A DNA stretch of 64,000 nt from Camelus dromedarius (taxonomy: Eukaryota). Both the position numbers and the translations under genes were made by a program. Shown here piece by piece: positions 36,001-49,215 of this stretch (position 1 is its first letter; each line of letters opens with the position of its first letter). Below the pieces are notes generated by a model, which saw nothing but the letters and a program-made list of their open reading frames with translations, was not told the origin of the DNA and searched no databases. Where the stretch lies: positions 81,036,001 to 81,100,000 of the forward strand of contig NC_087436.1 of assembly GCF_036321535.1 (NCBI RefSeq). The letters run 5' to 3'.

Positions 36001-38971
36001 ATTTACCGATGTAACAATAAACCCCCTTATATGCAAAAAAAAAATTGTACTTGAAAACTTAGCTTTTCCTACCTAACCAGTGTCGCTGTTGGTGACTATG
36101 TAAAGTCCTTTGGTATAGACAGAATGGGATTTGACAAGTAGAAACCAAATAATCCCTGGAAATGTGCTTTCATTTTATAAGAAGAAAACTGTGATGCATG
36201 TTTATGAGTCCAGTCTTATCTAAGGATTCTAATTCTTACCTGCCTTGCAGTCTTCTGTGCTTTGGGGAATGGAGTCAAAATCATGCCAGAATTGAAGGTC
36301 AAGCATTAAATAGACAGTGGACAGCTAAAAAGGTCAGGGGTCAAGGTCCTGAGCCTCATAATAAAAGCTATTTAAAAACAACTTCTGTGTGGACACTTTC
36401 CTGTTTTTCCTTTATCTTCCATAGAAAATATTATTGTCTCAGTGATGTTTAGATAAATGCAGGATGAAGTAAGAGACGAGAAGGGAGATGGAACCTTTTC
36501 AGGGACTGCAGGAATTCCTTTCTGATTTAGCTGGGATGCCTGTGGTTATGAGGAAGGCAGTTAAAATCCTGCATTCACTTTCTTCCTGTAATCTTGTTTG
36601 TCTCTCGGTTTTAAGACCAGCTTTTCTAAAAGAGAAAATGGAAAATCTAGTGGGCTGAAATCTGGAATATTCTTCTGAAATACAAATAGAGTGAAATTTA
36701 TGCATAAAACAGTTCAATATAATATCTAGCGTTTGCCCTCATTGTTCTAAAAAAAAAAAAGTTATAGGGCCTGATGGCCAGATTTATTTTTTTATTATAA
36801 TGAGGAGCATCGAATCCAATTTCAAGTTTACCATTACTGTTTTTCAACAGTATTCAAAATGGCCATCATTTGACTCTTCTTTAACTAGATATCATAATAT
36901 TTTAAGTCCAAGTATCATTTGAAACAAAATAAAATTTAAAAATATATAAAATCATCATTTGTAAAAAAGACATTCACATTAAAGGAACAATATCTAGCAG
37001 ATTCATGTAAAGCACTCAGTCTGTCACCAAAAAATACTGTTTTGTTTTTTTTTTACAGCAAGGATTTCACTTTTCATTGTAATCCTCAGTATTTAAATAT
37101 AAATTTTCTGTGGATATGTTACTTTCATGAATAAATTGCATATTAGAAATAATGGATCAGAAGATATTTTTTCACTCAGTCTTAAGATGTAAAATATTAT
37201 TGGTATGAATTCGTAGTCAAAAAAAAAAAAAGAGTTGTTGATTTTCTTTTCTTCATTTAAAGGGAAGTGGGAAAATTATTCTTTTAATCAAATATCACCC
37301 AACACCTTCCACTGTGGCTAAAAGTCCACAACTCAGTACTTTTTTTTGATGTTCAAGGGTTTCTTGCTCTAAATACAGTTGTTAATTAGAGTATCAACAT
37401 TGTGAGGAAAGCTGCAGAGTCTTATTCATATGATCCCATTGCCTAGCACATAGTTAGCACTTAATTAATATTGATTGAGAATAATATAAGTTAAGAAATA
37501 AAGGTGAAATTACTTCAGAAAACCAGGTTTCTTGAGAAAACCAAGCCCTTATTGGAGGAGAGCAAAGTGGTTCCTAGAGAGAGTAAAAGGGTTTGCAGGA
37601 GCAGGATGAGGATTGCCTAAACAGGTAAGGAGTAAAAAATATGTATTACCTATTTCCCAGTTTTGGATATGTTTTGTTTCTTTATCTCTAGTCATATGGC
37701 TACCACAAAGATCTTACAAGCAATTTTACATAAAATCTCATTGAAAATGTAAATTTTATGTCCCTTTCAGGCAGTGACTATGTCTTTCTCTATGTAGACA
37801 CTGATCTATGGGAGGCATTGAATAAATGCTTAATGAGATTATTTTATATATATATATGGATTTTTTATTATAGCTGTTATCATAAATAGCTTGATAATTA
37901 CCATCTGGAGTGGTTGCCTCTACAGGTTAATAAATAGAGAATCTTAAAAAATAAAATTTAACTTTCAGAATATCCTATCAGTTGAGCCTACAGTGAACTA
38001 GATATAACATGAAATTAAGCAAACAATTTTCCCAATTAAAATATCAGTGAAGATATCTGAAGACTTGTGAATCTATAATTATGACAGACAGTGGTATTGT
38101 GATAACCGAGATGACACTTGGGAGATGATCAAATGCACCTTTCATTCTTCATTTTAACTTGGAGAATGATTTCAAGCTTATCCTAAGGGATAGATGTGTT
38201 ATGGTTTAATATGTCACAAGAATCCTTGTTCATTATGCAGCCATATTATAAAGCAAGAAAATGGAAACTTCATGACTTCTCAAAAGATGAATTTATATCA
38301 TTTTAGAAACTCGTTCATTTTCTTATTAAAATGAGGTAAAAATTTAGCTGTGTTCTGCATGGTTAATAAATGGATGCAAGTCTGGAGGTATTGAGAGTCT
38401 GAACTCATTCGGCCCAAATACGGGGCTAGTCTCCATCCTACAGTTTTATACCATTCTAGCTACTCATATTATATTTAGACATATCAGAATTATTTTTATT
38501 CTTCCTAATATTTCACCATCAGTTCATTTATAAGGAAACCAAGGCTCAGAAAGGGTGAATGTCTTGTCCCAAAACGTATGTGTTTAGTGACAGAGCTGGA
38601 AATGTGTGTGCTTATGTATATGTGTGTGTAGTTTTTTTAACATCTTGGCGAAACTACAATTTGATGTTTCTCAGTAGCTCATCATTATACTAATGAGTGA
38701 TGATTCTTTGAGATTTTTGGTACTTGAAATTATTATTTGAAAAGAGTAAGATGAATGAGATCAATCAAGGGGTTGGATTGTAGTGCTGGATCTTATATGG
38801 TATAATGGTGACCTATAATAATAATCTCATTTGGTTATATGACTGCAGAATTATAGGAACTTGGATATTCAAGTTTGAAGGCATTTTAGTAATAAATTTT
38901 TACAACATTTTCCAAAGCAAACAAGTAACTGCAAACTGAGAAGAAAAAAAAAAAAAAACAAACACCAAAAT

Positions 38972-39298
38972 CAGACTATTCAATAGAAATATAAGGCAGG
39001 TTGCAAATGGAAGTCACATAAGTAATTTTAAGTTTTCCAAAAGTGTAATTAAAAAAAATAAAATGTACAGGTAAAGTTCATTTTATTAATACATTCTTAC
39101 TTGACCCATTATATCCAAAATATCATAACTTCAACATGTAATAAGTATAAAATTCATTGAGACATGTTACATTTTCATTTTATACTGTCTTCAGATCTAT
39201 GCATATTTAATACTTACAGCACATCTTAATTCAACTAGCCACATTTCAGGTTTTCAGTAGCTCTGTGTGGCTAATGGCTACCATTTGGATCACACAGG
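38972..39298 (-). mobile_element. MER33-like hAT-Charlie MITE
   Basis: caatagaaatataa...ccaaaatat...ttcaacatgtaat...cttacagcacatct..aattc..actagccacatttcag...tgtggctaatggctacc. Confidence 0.85.
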
Positions 39299-40059
39299 TC
39301 TGAATGGTCTACCATGCTGCTTGCAGTGAGGCAGAGGAAGAGTTAGAGAGAGGAGATGTTTGACTATCTTACTCCGGAGAGATGTTTAGGAGAGGGTGCT
39401 GGTGTAGGGTATTACACCACATGAAGGCAAACATCTCATTTCACAAATGAGGATGTTGAAGCCGCAGCTATGTTGAGCAGCCTGCCCAAGAACTCAGATC
39501 TAGAGAAGTGGTCAAGCTGGAAACAGAGCTCAGTGCCTCTTGAGCTTTCTGTCCTATTCCCACTATACTGTATGTCTTCTCTGGGAAAGAGGAATCATCA
39601 GTAAATGATGCCAGAAAATCATCTTTGTATGTAAAAGATCCATAGAGAAGAAGCCTCCTTACCTTAGGTGAAAAGTCCATGCTTATTGGATGGAAAACTT
39701 CCATTGGATTTGTTTACCCAGGTGACCGCCTCAGATTAGATATGTCTATTAATAACCACACTTTGGTGACATTGATGTAATAACATTGCACCTCATGATT
39801 TTATTGAAGGAAAACATCTTCCCCTAAGAAATACATGTGAATTGCTATTAAAAATGCTGTATCAAATTTTAGTTTTGTATTATATGTACCGTGAGTCCTA
39901 TGTGTAAAATTCAAGTATAAGTGGAAATGACTCTACTATTTATATTTAGCATTTTGTATGAACTTAATAAACTCTAAACTTATACTAACTGTAGATATTT
40001 TGCAAATTGTGGCCTGCAAAGATAACACTTTTTGTTAAACGAAATGAATCCACTTACAT

Positions 40060-40690
40060 TGTTTATTTGTTCATTCAGTTAATATATATTTAACCCTTAG
40101 TGCGTACCCAACAACTGTTAGATGCTGGGACTAAAATTGAGGACAAGGTTGTAAGGTTTCGACTTTATGGAGCTCACATTTTATTTGAGAACACATACAA
40201 TAAATATGTAACTAAAAAAAAATATATATATATAAACTGTGATAAGTGTTGTGTAGAAAAAAAAGAAACCTGTGTGCTGAAGTGAAGAGTTAGGGGATGG
40301 GGTGGCAGATTTCCTCTAGGTAGAGAGGTCTAGAGTGGGAGAAGGGAACAGCAGGTACAAAGGCCCTTGGGTAGAGAAGAGCTTGTGTTATAGATACAGA
40401 AAAGAAGTCATTGTGACTGAGGAAGAGTCATGCAGTGAGTGGGGACAGAAGAGTTTGGAGCTATAGGCAGGGGCCAGATAATCCAGGCCCTTGTTAAAGA
40501 CATTAAGGCTATTTTTTTCCCTAGCATTTAGTGGAAAAAATGTATTGAAGAGTTTTAAGAGGCATAGTAATATGATCCGATCTATGTTAAAAAAAAAAAA
40601 AAAGCACCATATGTGGGTTTCAGAAGAGCAAGAAAGGAGCTGGGATATTAGTTAGGAAGGCCATTAAAAACCTCAGGTGAGCAGAGAGGA
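40060..40690 (-). mobile_element. L2 LINE 3' region
   Basis: tttatttgttcattca terminus; tagatgctggga; atggagctcacatt; gggaacagcaggtacaaaggccct; ggcaggggccagat. Confidence 0.8.
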
Positions 40691-41359
40691 GATGAGGCCT
40701 TCATCAATCAGAGACAAACAGCTAGAAGGCATAGCACGTTCAGATTTTGCCGTAGGATAAGCTTCGCACTAGAGTGGCTTGCAGCAATCACTCACCTTCC
40801 TGTGGAAGGCGAAAACCCCACAGGAAACTTTAGATGACACATGGTAAAGCATTTTCACAGTTGAGGCATTTCTGTGCTGAGCTACTCACTTAGAGAAGTT
40901 GGGCTGCTTCTCCTTCATGTTGCGGTTTCCATCAGTATGCTTTTCATGCAAGGGACATGTAACATGCTGTAGTTATTCAACTCTGTTAGTAACTCCCATG
41001 TAAACTATTTTTTTAAAAAAACACTCCCGGGGCAATATATTCAAATTGATGCATGCCTTGGAAAGCCTTTTTAGTTTTGCATTCTGGTAGTCTTTTATAA
41101 AAGAATGTATAAGAAATAGATACTCAAATCTGACTTTCTTCATCAGTAAGAACATTGGTAAGTGATGAATAAAATTTGAATATGCTCTTAGGGTGGCTTT
41201 TATAGCATGAAAGAATATATTCATTTTGTCCAAACACTGCAGTAATGTTATGACATGTTGCACATTTTTAATTCATTTTTGATTAATTCTTCTCAACATT
41301 CTGTAAGAGCCCCTTTTGTTTCTTTTCTTTATGCCATTCATCACAGTCTGTGTTTTTTA

Positions 41360-41515
41360 ATTTATTGTTTTGTTTTCAATTTCTCAACTTAAATGTAACT
41401 TTTGTGGAAGTGAAATTGTATTTCTGTTCAAGGTTTCATGCCTAAGAACTTACATAGTTCTTGTCACATAGTAGGTGCTCAATAAAGATTTGTTAGCTAA
41501 ATAAATGACTGAATG
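41360..41515 (+). mobile_element. L2 3' terminus
   Basis: cacatagtaggtgctcaataaagatttgtt...aaatgactgaatg. Confidence 0.75.
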
Positions 41516-41644
41516 GACACTTGGAAATAAACTTTGGTATTTCTACTATATCAAAGCCCATTTAATAGATAACTATTTGTTCAGTGATATATGAAGCAAT
41601 CTCTTCTATTTGAACCTCTTCTTAACTCGCTTTAAATTAAAGCA

Positions 41645-41836
41645 CAGCTTTTCAATGTAAGCTCTATTGACATTAGAGACTGGGCAGTTCTTTGCTGTGT
41701 GTGTCTTGTGCTTTGTAGGATGTCTGGCAGCATCCCTGACCGCCACCCACTAGATGCCACTAGTACTCCCTCCCCAAGTTGTGACAACCAAAAATGTCTG
41801 CAGACGTTGCCAAGCTTCCCCAGCTGAGAATCACTA
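41645..41836 (-). mobile_element. MER20 hAT-Charlie MITE
   Basis: ctattgacatt...tgtaggatgt...gcagcatccctg...cccactagatgcca...gttgtgacaaccaaaaatgtct...tgagaatcact. Confidence 0.92.
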
Positions 41837-42264
41837 AAAGATTCTTTTTATGATATGCAGATGACAACATTGAAATTACTTAGGTTCCAAAGTATTAAAT
41901 ACTGAATTTTGGCTTTTTCTATATGGAATTTTTTATTTTAAAATGTCATAGAATATTTTATAAAGAAGGTAAACAGAAATGGATACAATCTTTCCCTTTT
42001 GTCCATTTGGTAAAGCTATTTTAAGGGGTCATAGAGTCTTTAAAACTGTTAATTTATGAAGATCAATGAAGAACACACTTTCCTTAAGACTCTCCTTTGC
42101 TGGCAACAAAATATGAGCATATGAATCCAGTTTCCCAAAGTGAGATCATGGGAAGACCCTAGGACACAGAACTGGTTCTGTAGTGATCACACAGAACTAT
42201 TACTTGCATCCAAGAAGGAGAGAGCTCAGAGTTCTGTTAGCAACTCACAGAGGCCTGGGGCTGT

Positions 42265-42402
42265 CCCCTCTCCTCCCTCCCCCATTTCCTTCCTTCTTTC
42301 CACCCTCTCTCCTTTCTTTTTTCTCCTCTCCTTTTCTTCCTTCCTTCCTTCCTTCCTTTCTTTCTTTCTTCCTTTCTTTCTTTTTCTTTCTTTCTTTCCT
42401 TT
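42265..42402. repeat. Polypyrimidine (TTCC)n/(TTTC)n tract at an L1 tail
   Basis: About 138 nt, almost purely C/T. Confidence 0.95.
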
Positions 42403-44120
42403 AATCATCAATTTTTTAGAGCAGTTTTAGGTTCACAGAAAAATTGAGAGGAAGGTATGAAGATTTCCTATGTAATCCTGTCCCCACACATGCATAGTCT
42501 CCCCCATTATCAACATCACTCACCAGATAGTATATTTGTCACCAAGGATAAGCCTACATTGACAAATCACTATTACCCAAAGTCCATAGCTCACCTTGAT
42601 GTTCACTCTTGATGTTGTATACTCTGTAGATTTGGACAAATATTGAATGACATGTGTCTATCATTATAATCTCGTATAGAGTATTTTCAGTGTCCTAAAA
42701 GTCTTTTGTGCTCTGTCTATTCATCCCTCTTCCCTCCCAACACTAATCTTTTACTGTCTCCATAGTTTTTTCTTTTCTAACATGTCATACATTTGGAGTC
42801 ATACAGCATGTAGCCTTTTCAGATTGGCTTCTTTCAGTTAGTGATATGCATTTAAGATTCCTCCAGGTCTTTTCATGGCTCATTTCTTTTTATTTCTGAA
42901 TAATATTCAGTTGTCTGGATGTACCGCAATTTGTTTATCCATTCACTTACTAAAAGGCATCTTGGTTTCTTCCAAGTTCTGGCAATTATGAATAAAGTTG
43001 CTATAAACCTCTGTCTGCAGGTTTTTGTGTGGATGTAAGATTTCATCTCTTTTGGATAAATACCTAACAGCATGATTACTGGATCATATAAAAAGGGTTA
43101 TGTGTAGTTTTATGAGAAACTGCCAAACTGTCTTCCAAAGTGACAACCATTTTGCATTCCCACCAGCAATGACTGAGAGTTCCTGATGCCCCAGATGTTC
43201 ACTGGCACTTGGCACTGTCCAGATTTTGGCACTTCTAATATGTGTATAATGGTATCTCATTGTTTTCATTTCCGTGATGACATATGACGTGGAATATCTT
43301 TTCATATGCTTATTTGCCATCTGTATATCATTTTTGATGAAGTAATTAAGGTCTTTAGCCCATTTTTTAATCAGATTTTTTTTTTTACTATTGAATTTTA
43401 TGAGTTCTTTGTATATTTTAGAAGACCATCCTTTATCAGCTGTGCATTTTGCAAATGTTTTCTCCCAGTCTGTGGCTTGTGTTCTTGCTTTCTTGACATT
43501 ATCTTTCACAGAGCAGAAGTTTTAAATTTTGATGAAGTTCAACTTATCAATTATTTATTTTCTTTTATGTGTCCTTGGTGGTGTTTGTATCTAAACAGGT
43601 ATCACCATACCCAAGGTCAACTAGGTTTTCTTCTATATAAATCTTCTAGGAGTTTTATAGTTTTGTGTTTTACCTTTGTGTCTATGATCCATTTGGGGTT
43701 AATTTTTGTGAAGGATGTAGGTCTGTTTGTAGATTCATTGTTTGCATGTGGGTATCCAGTTGTTCCAGCACCATTTGTTGAAGAGATTCTCTTTGCTCCC
43801 TTATATTGCCTTTGCTCCTTTGTCAAAGATCAGTTGATTATATTTACATGGTTCTATTTCTGAGCTCTCTGTTCTGTGCCATTGATCTCTTTGTTTATTC
43901 TTTTGCCAAGACCACGCTGACTTCATTACTGTAGCTTTATAGTGAGTCTTGAAGTTGGGTGGTGTCAGTCCTTGACTTTGTTCTTCTCTTTCAGTCATGT
44001 GTAGGCTATTCTGGTTCTTTTGCCTCTCATATAAACTTTACAATCAGTTTGTAGATATCCACGAATTAACTTGCTAGGATTTTGATTGGAATTGTATTGA
44101 ATCTATAAATTAAGTTGGGT
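42403..44120 (-). mobile_element. L1MC1/2-like 3' UTR plus C-terminal ORF2 remnant
   Basis: tttttagagcagttttaggttcacagaaaaattgag terminus. Minus-strand ORFs 42873-43998 give L1 ORF2p peptides ([43 protein letters not shown]). Confidence 0.95.
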
Positions 44121-45779
44121 GGCAGGGCTTTTCCAAGTAAGAGTATGGGAAGATAGCCAGAGGTTTTCTGTGTGATCGAGCATTTAGTGAGATGTTTACA
44201 TTCCTATTCCCAGAATTCTGTCTTTTTTATTGATCAGGGCTCATCATGGTACAGGTAGAACTGTGCATTGAACATGAAAAAGGAAGTAGCATTTGAAGGA
44301 AAAAATATATCATATCTCATATACTTTCCAAGGCAACACGTAATATTCAAAGCAAATGACTACACGGTTTATAATGCAGCTCGGCTTTTCTGAAGAAACA
44401 CAAAATCTTAAGGAAAGATTTGGGTGGCAATAGAGAGAAAGTGTCTTCAAAGCTCACAGCACGATTAATCATTCCTCAGCCAACTATTATGTTTTACACA
44501 GACAAATTTGATAATGCGATGAACAAAGAAATCATAATCCTATTCTGGAAGGAAGCAATAGCTATGTCACTGGTACTCACGGACCCACTTTCACACAAAA
44601 ATTTAATGATATCGCTAACCCCTCCCTGCTCATCACCATACCATCTTTTAAACTCATCTATTTTGCATATGATATATGTGAATATTCAAATTATTTTACT
44701 GATTTGATTCCAAATTAAAAGATTATAAATGAAGGCAAATAGAACAGTGGTGTACAAATAAGTCCAAAATTACATAATAGATAGTCTTATAGTAAATTCT
44801 CAGTGGGGTTTTTAGTTCAGCTGATTTGGGGACTCAAACAGAGACCTCTCTCTTCCTGCCATGGCAAGCTCTGAATATTTTTCTCTGGGTGTTCCGTTCT
44901 AAATTCCTCAGTCCTTGATAAAAGGGACTTTCATCTTGGATCCTACATTATGAGATTTTAGAGAGAAATCTTGCAGTGTGTGTATTGTGATGATGCTGAG
45001 AAAATTATCTTTGATTAATCATTATCACCTCCCTGCATCAGACTTCCCTATTTTAATGTCTAATATGTTAGAGATTAGTTTATATTTCAAGTTCATAAAA
45101 ACCGGCTTTCAGTGACATTTATGAGCAAAGATTCTGCTTTCCTAAATGCACTAACTCATTTATTTTGTTACACCTCGTGGCACTGTGGTGAGATAAACTG
45201 CTTAATCATTGTGGGTAAACTAATATTTTCCATTTTCAGAAGAAACAAAAGTTAAATTTTTACTTAATTACCATGGCTTTTTGTTCTCTGTTAATTGGGG
45301 GGATAAGAAAATGCACATTATAAATTGTCTTTGATAAGGTCATTTATTTGAAGCGCTGAATATTTAAGAACATATGGAGGTGACTGACCACCTTGAGAAT
45401 GCACCTGTGTAGGAACTGTTCTTCCATTGGCTCCTGTTTAGATGCCTCTCACTTATCATCCTTGGCACCTTCCCCCATACAATAGCTTATTCAGTTTTTA
45501 TCCTTTAATAATATTTTAAGGTATTAATAATGTTCCTTATGTGTTTCAAAGGATTCTTATAAGGATAATATGAATAATGAATATCTTAATTTTCTATACA
45601 ATATATTATTTTTTTTTCTGAGTAAGAATAAGAAAATCAGTTAAAGCCTTTAAGATCATCAGCATATTTTTTTTCTCATTTCTCAGCTGATGATCAAATT
45701 AAAACAGAAATAGTCACCAATTTTAAAGTTTGGGTGACATATATTAGAAAACTTAGTGTAAGTAAAGAGAAAAGAGGAT

Positions 45780-46610
45780 GTATTCACTCATTCTTTCATT
45801 TCATGTTTTAATTTTGATTTCTTCATGTGTTTCTAGCAGTGTGCTGGGTGCTGGGGAGGCACTTATGGGGCAACATAATGGCTCATGTATGCGCCTACAC
45901 AACTGGGACTTATAATTTGGTGTTGTGGATAGATATAAGTAAATGCATGTAAAATTGTAGCTGTATCAGGAAAAGTTCCCGAGACTACAAGAATCCTTAA
46001 TCAGGGAATCTGACCTAAAGTGACGAGTCAAGACCGTGTTCATCGAGGAAATGATATTTGAGTTTAGGTCTCAATGAGTAGGATGTAACTTGTGAATGTG
46101 GGGCAGCAGGAGGACAGTGGTGGTGGTGGTGGACTGTCCAAGCAGAGGGAACGGTTATGTGGGAAAGCCTTGTGGTGGGAGTAACTAAAAGCAGGGGTAA
46201 AATAATGTGAGATGAGTTTGAAGAACCATGATAACAATGGGAAACTATCATGACAAAGTATAGGGTTTCCATATTTGAAAGTTCACCCTGTCTGCAGATA
46301 GAAAAGGGCATACAGGAAGACTAGAGAAGATTCAGAAAGGTTTCAGAGGCCTGGAAATGTGGAAGGTGACAAACCAAAGAGGTGACAGTTGAGATGAAAA
46401 GAAGTAGACTGACTCCAGACCATGCAAAGAATGAAAGTCAACGGAGTATTGGAGGATGAATTAAGCATCCAATTCATCCTCCGATGAATTCGGAAGGGAG
46501 GTTTGTAGCTGGTGTGACCAGATGATTTATGATCCTTTGCTCTGAGAAACAGAACACTGCAGAAGGACCAGGTTTTCTGTTTTGCAAAATCAGGTAATTA
46601 GTTAGGTTAC
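45780..46610 (-). mobile_element. L2 LINE 3' region
   Basis: tattcactcattctttcatt terminus; gtgctgggtgctgggga; tgtccaagcagagggaac. Confidence 0.7.
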
Positions 46611-47189
46611 TAGTGGATGATGGGCGAGACACTTGGAATCAATTAGGTCCCATATAATTTTCATCTCCAAGGTTGAAGCTTTTATTTGGACCACAGCATC
46701 TCTTATTATTACACAAATTGCTGCCTGGTAATTCTCTGACCATAAAGGAGACTCATTCACCTTTTGCAGTATTTCTAGAATTGCTACAAAGGTAGTACAC
46801 ATCTTCACAAATCTTGGTAAGGCAGCTCAGTAAATATCACATCCACAGGCAGAATGCAGCCTGTCGAACAAGATGTTGCCTTAGACTGCAAAAGCAGATG
46901 ATGTCAAAACTGGACTGGAACTTGAGACTTCCTGTTTTCCAGTATCAGGCTTGGATGACTCATTAGGCTTGAATGAGATGTTTTGAACGGGGTGACTGTG
47001 GAGATGTTCTTCTCCACAAGTTGAAGTGAGAAGTGCTTCCTTGGCCTGTGGCTTCTCCAGCCTCTGTAGAAATCTCCAGCCGCCCAATGCTGGGAAGAAA
47101 ACTATGACTATATCTTTTGAAGAAAAAGATCTAAAAGAGACAAATTACAAAAGAATTACACAAGATCAATAAACATATGAAAAATCCTT

Positions 47190-48360
47190 TTATTAAATAG
47201 GCTTGAAATAATATGATTGGAATTAACCTTAACAGCCAGCAATAGGTGACCTGGTGAAATAAATTTTATTTGTATGTTGGAATACAAAGCAGCATTAAAA
47301 TGTTCTTATAAATGAATGACTAATAAAAAGAAGAAAATGTTTGTATTTTTATTTTAAAAGTGTATGTTTCATCCTACTTAAAAAATTTTAGTGTGTTTAG
47401 ATGTGTTGCTATGGCCAATCAAACATACACACAAACAACCAAAGCTGAAAGTATTTATGCCGAAGTGTTAACAGTGTTTACATGTATTAGAATATGGGTG
47501 ATTTTTATTTAACATTTTCATGTCCAGATTTTTCACATTTTCTGTAATGAACACATACTATTTTTTGTCATAATATAAAGTTATAGATAATGAGAGATCC
47601 AATTCGAAATATATTTTTTAATCATAAAATGTTGACAAAACTTCAGGGAAACATATTGCTAAGAGAGTTTAATCCAGTATAACCTACCCAGATGAAAAGT
47701 CCACAACACACCTCGAAAGAGTAAGGTCTCTATCCTCTGTGGCCTAGCAATTCCATGAAAAAAGTTATTCTAAGGAAATAATCAGAGAAGTTTACAAATA
47801 TTTGTTTACATGATCTTTTCATGTCTTTGTTTATAATAGTAAATAATTAAGATCAACCAAATATCTACAAATATGGGAATGGTTAAACAAATTATACTAC
47901 ATTCATGAAGAAAGTCATTTAAACTCATGTTTTAAGAATACTTAATGAACTGTATAGCACAGGAAAATATATACAAGATCGTCTGGTAGCTCACAGCGAA
48001 AAAAATGTGACAATGAATATATGTATGTTCATGTATAACTGAAAAATCCTCTACACTGGAATTTGACACAACATTGTAAAATGACTATAACAATAAAAAA
48101 TGTAAAAAAAAAAGAATACTCAGTGAAATGGGAAATGCTTATGATTCCTATTTAAATTTTTAAAAAGTAGGTGTGAAATAGTATGTTCATTAAAATCTCC
48201 ACTATTTATAATGCAACATACACATGCATAATATGATGGAAGTGAAAAGATACACAGAGTTGTTTTTGAACAGTGAAATTACACACAGGAAATTTATATT
48301 TTCTGTGTGTTTTTCTGTGCATTTCTAAATTTCTACAAAGAGCATGCACTAAGTTCAACA
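47190..48360 (+). mobile_element. Old L1M (L1MC/ME) 3' fragments, interrupted by the young L1 at 47950
   Basis: cctagcaattcca...tctaaggaaataatcaga...ttgtttataatag...gggaatggttaaacaaatta. Confidence 0.65.
47950..48111 (+). mobile_element. Young lineage-specific L1 3' end (162 bp)
   Basis: ctgtatagcacagg...atttgacacaacattgtaaaatgactataacaataaa plus A tail. TSD aagaatacttaatgaa (47934-47949) / aagaatactcagtgaa (48112-48127), 14/16. Confidence 0.92.
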
Positions 48361-48739
48361 ACAACAACAAAATACATTTTACCCTGAAAAGATTAGTGGG
48401 GATAACAAGGCTGAAGGTTTTTGCAGTAACCGAAGTGTTTATGGGGATTGCAATGGATTCCTTTAAGAATTACAGTTTATGGACAGTAGCCAACCTCTTT
48501 TGCTTATTCTCCTTGAAACCTTTTCAGGAACTGTCTGCTTCTCCCCTCCTTTCACTGGAGCTCTTTCAGGGACTTTTAGGCACATGGAAAATCATAACAT
48601 TTATGTGGTGGGTAGTATACACAGTTACTCAGATTCAGATGCAACAAAACTTACTGAGAAACTGCTATGTGCCAAACACCTTAGGAAATATCTTCACTCT
48701 TTTAGGTATCAGGCCTCAAAGGGGCATTTAGGATGTCTA

Positions 48740-49215
48740 TAGAAAGAGCAAAAGATACATAGATTGCAAGGTTGAAATTTGAATCTACCACCAATTAGCT
48801 TTATAAATTGAGCAAATCACAATCTTCTGAGCCCTTATAGTCATTATTTATTCATTCAACAGATATTGGCTAAATCTGACAGGCGCTCTTCCAAGCCCCA
48901 AGGATAGATCAGTGAACAACACAGTCACCTTTTTCATTCTGATAGGTTGACAATATGTAATACATAAATATGTACAATGCTCATAGAGTTAAATGTTTTG
49001 GTCAAAACTTAAACTAGCAAAGGGATAGGAAGGGCTGGAGGGTTTGGTGGAAAATGGTTGCTGTTTTATAAAGAATTGCCAAAGAAAGACTGATAGGTGT
49101 CATTTGAGAAAATCTTGAAGAATATGAGAGACACTAATAATAAATGCCTTACTTCTTTCAGTGGGCGGTTAGAACTATGTGAAAGGGCTTTGCAGATGTA
49201 GAAGGCTGTCTACAG
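48740..49215. mobile_element. MIR (+) split by an L2 fragment (-, about 48845-49125)
   Basis: MIR 5' half ends ...ttgagcaaatcacaatcttctgagcc; L2 terminus tttattcattcaacagatatt; MIR resumes taataataaatgcctta...tatgtgaaagggctttg. Confidence 0.65.

Noticed and set aside
43084..43998. Long ORFs (185 aa +, 141 aa -) as a host gene
   Set aside because: Decayed L1 ORF2 and its antisense frame.
33648..44120. L1 5' end (+) and L1MC 3' end (-) as two halves of one element split by an inversion
   Set aside because: The geometry fits, but the sequence before 33648 does not match the reverse complement beyond the tail (no shared TSD), and most of ORF2 is unaccounted for.
48273..48731. 152-aa ORF
   Set aside because: Non-ATG start, begins in an L1M remnant, and has no recognisable homology or splice structure.
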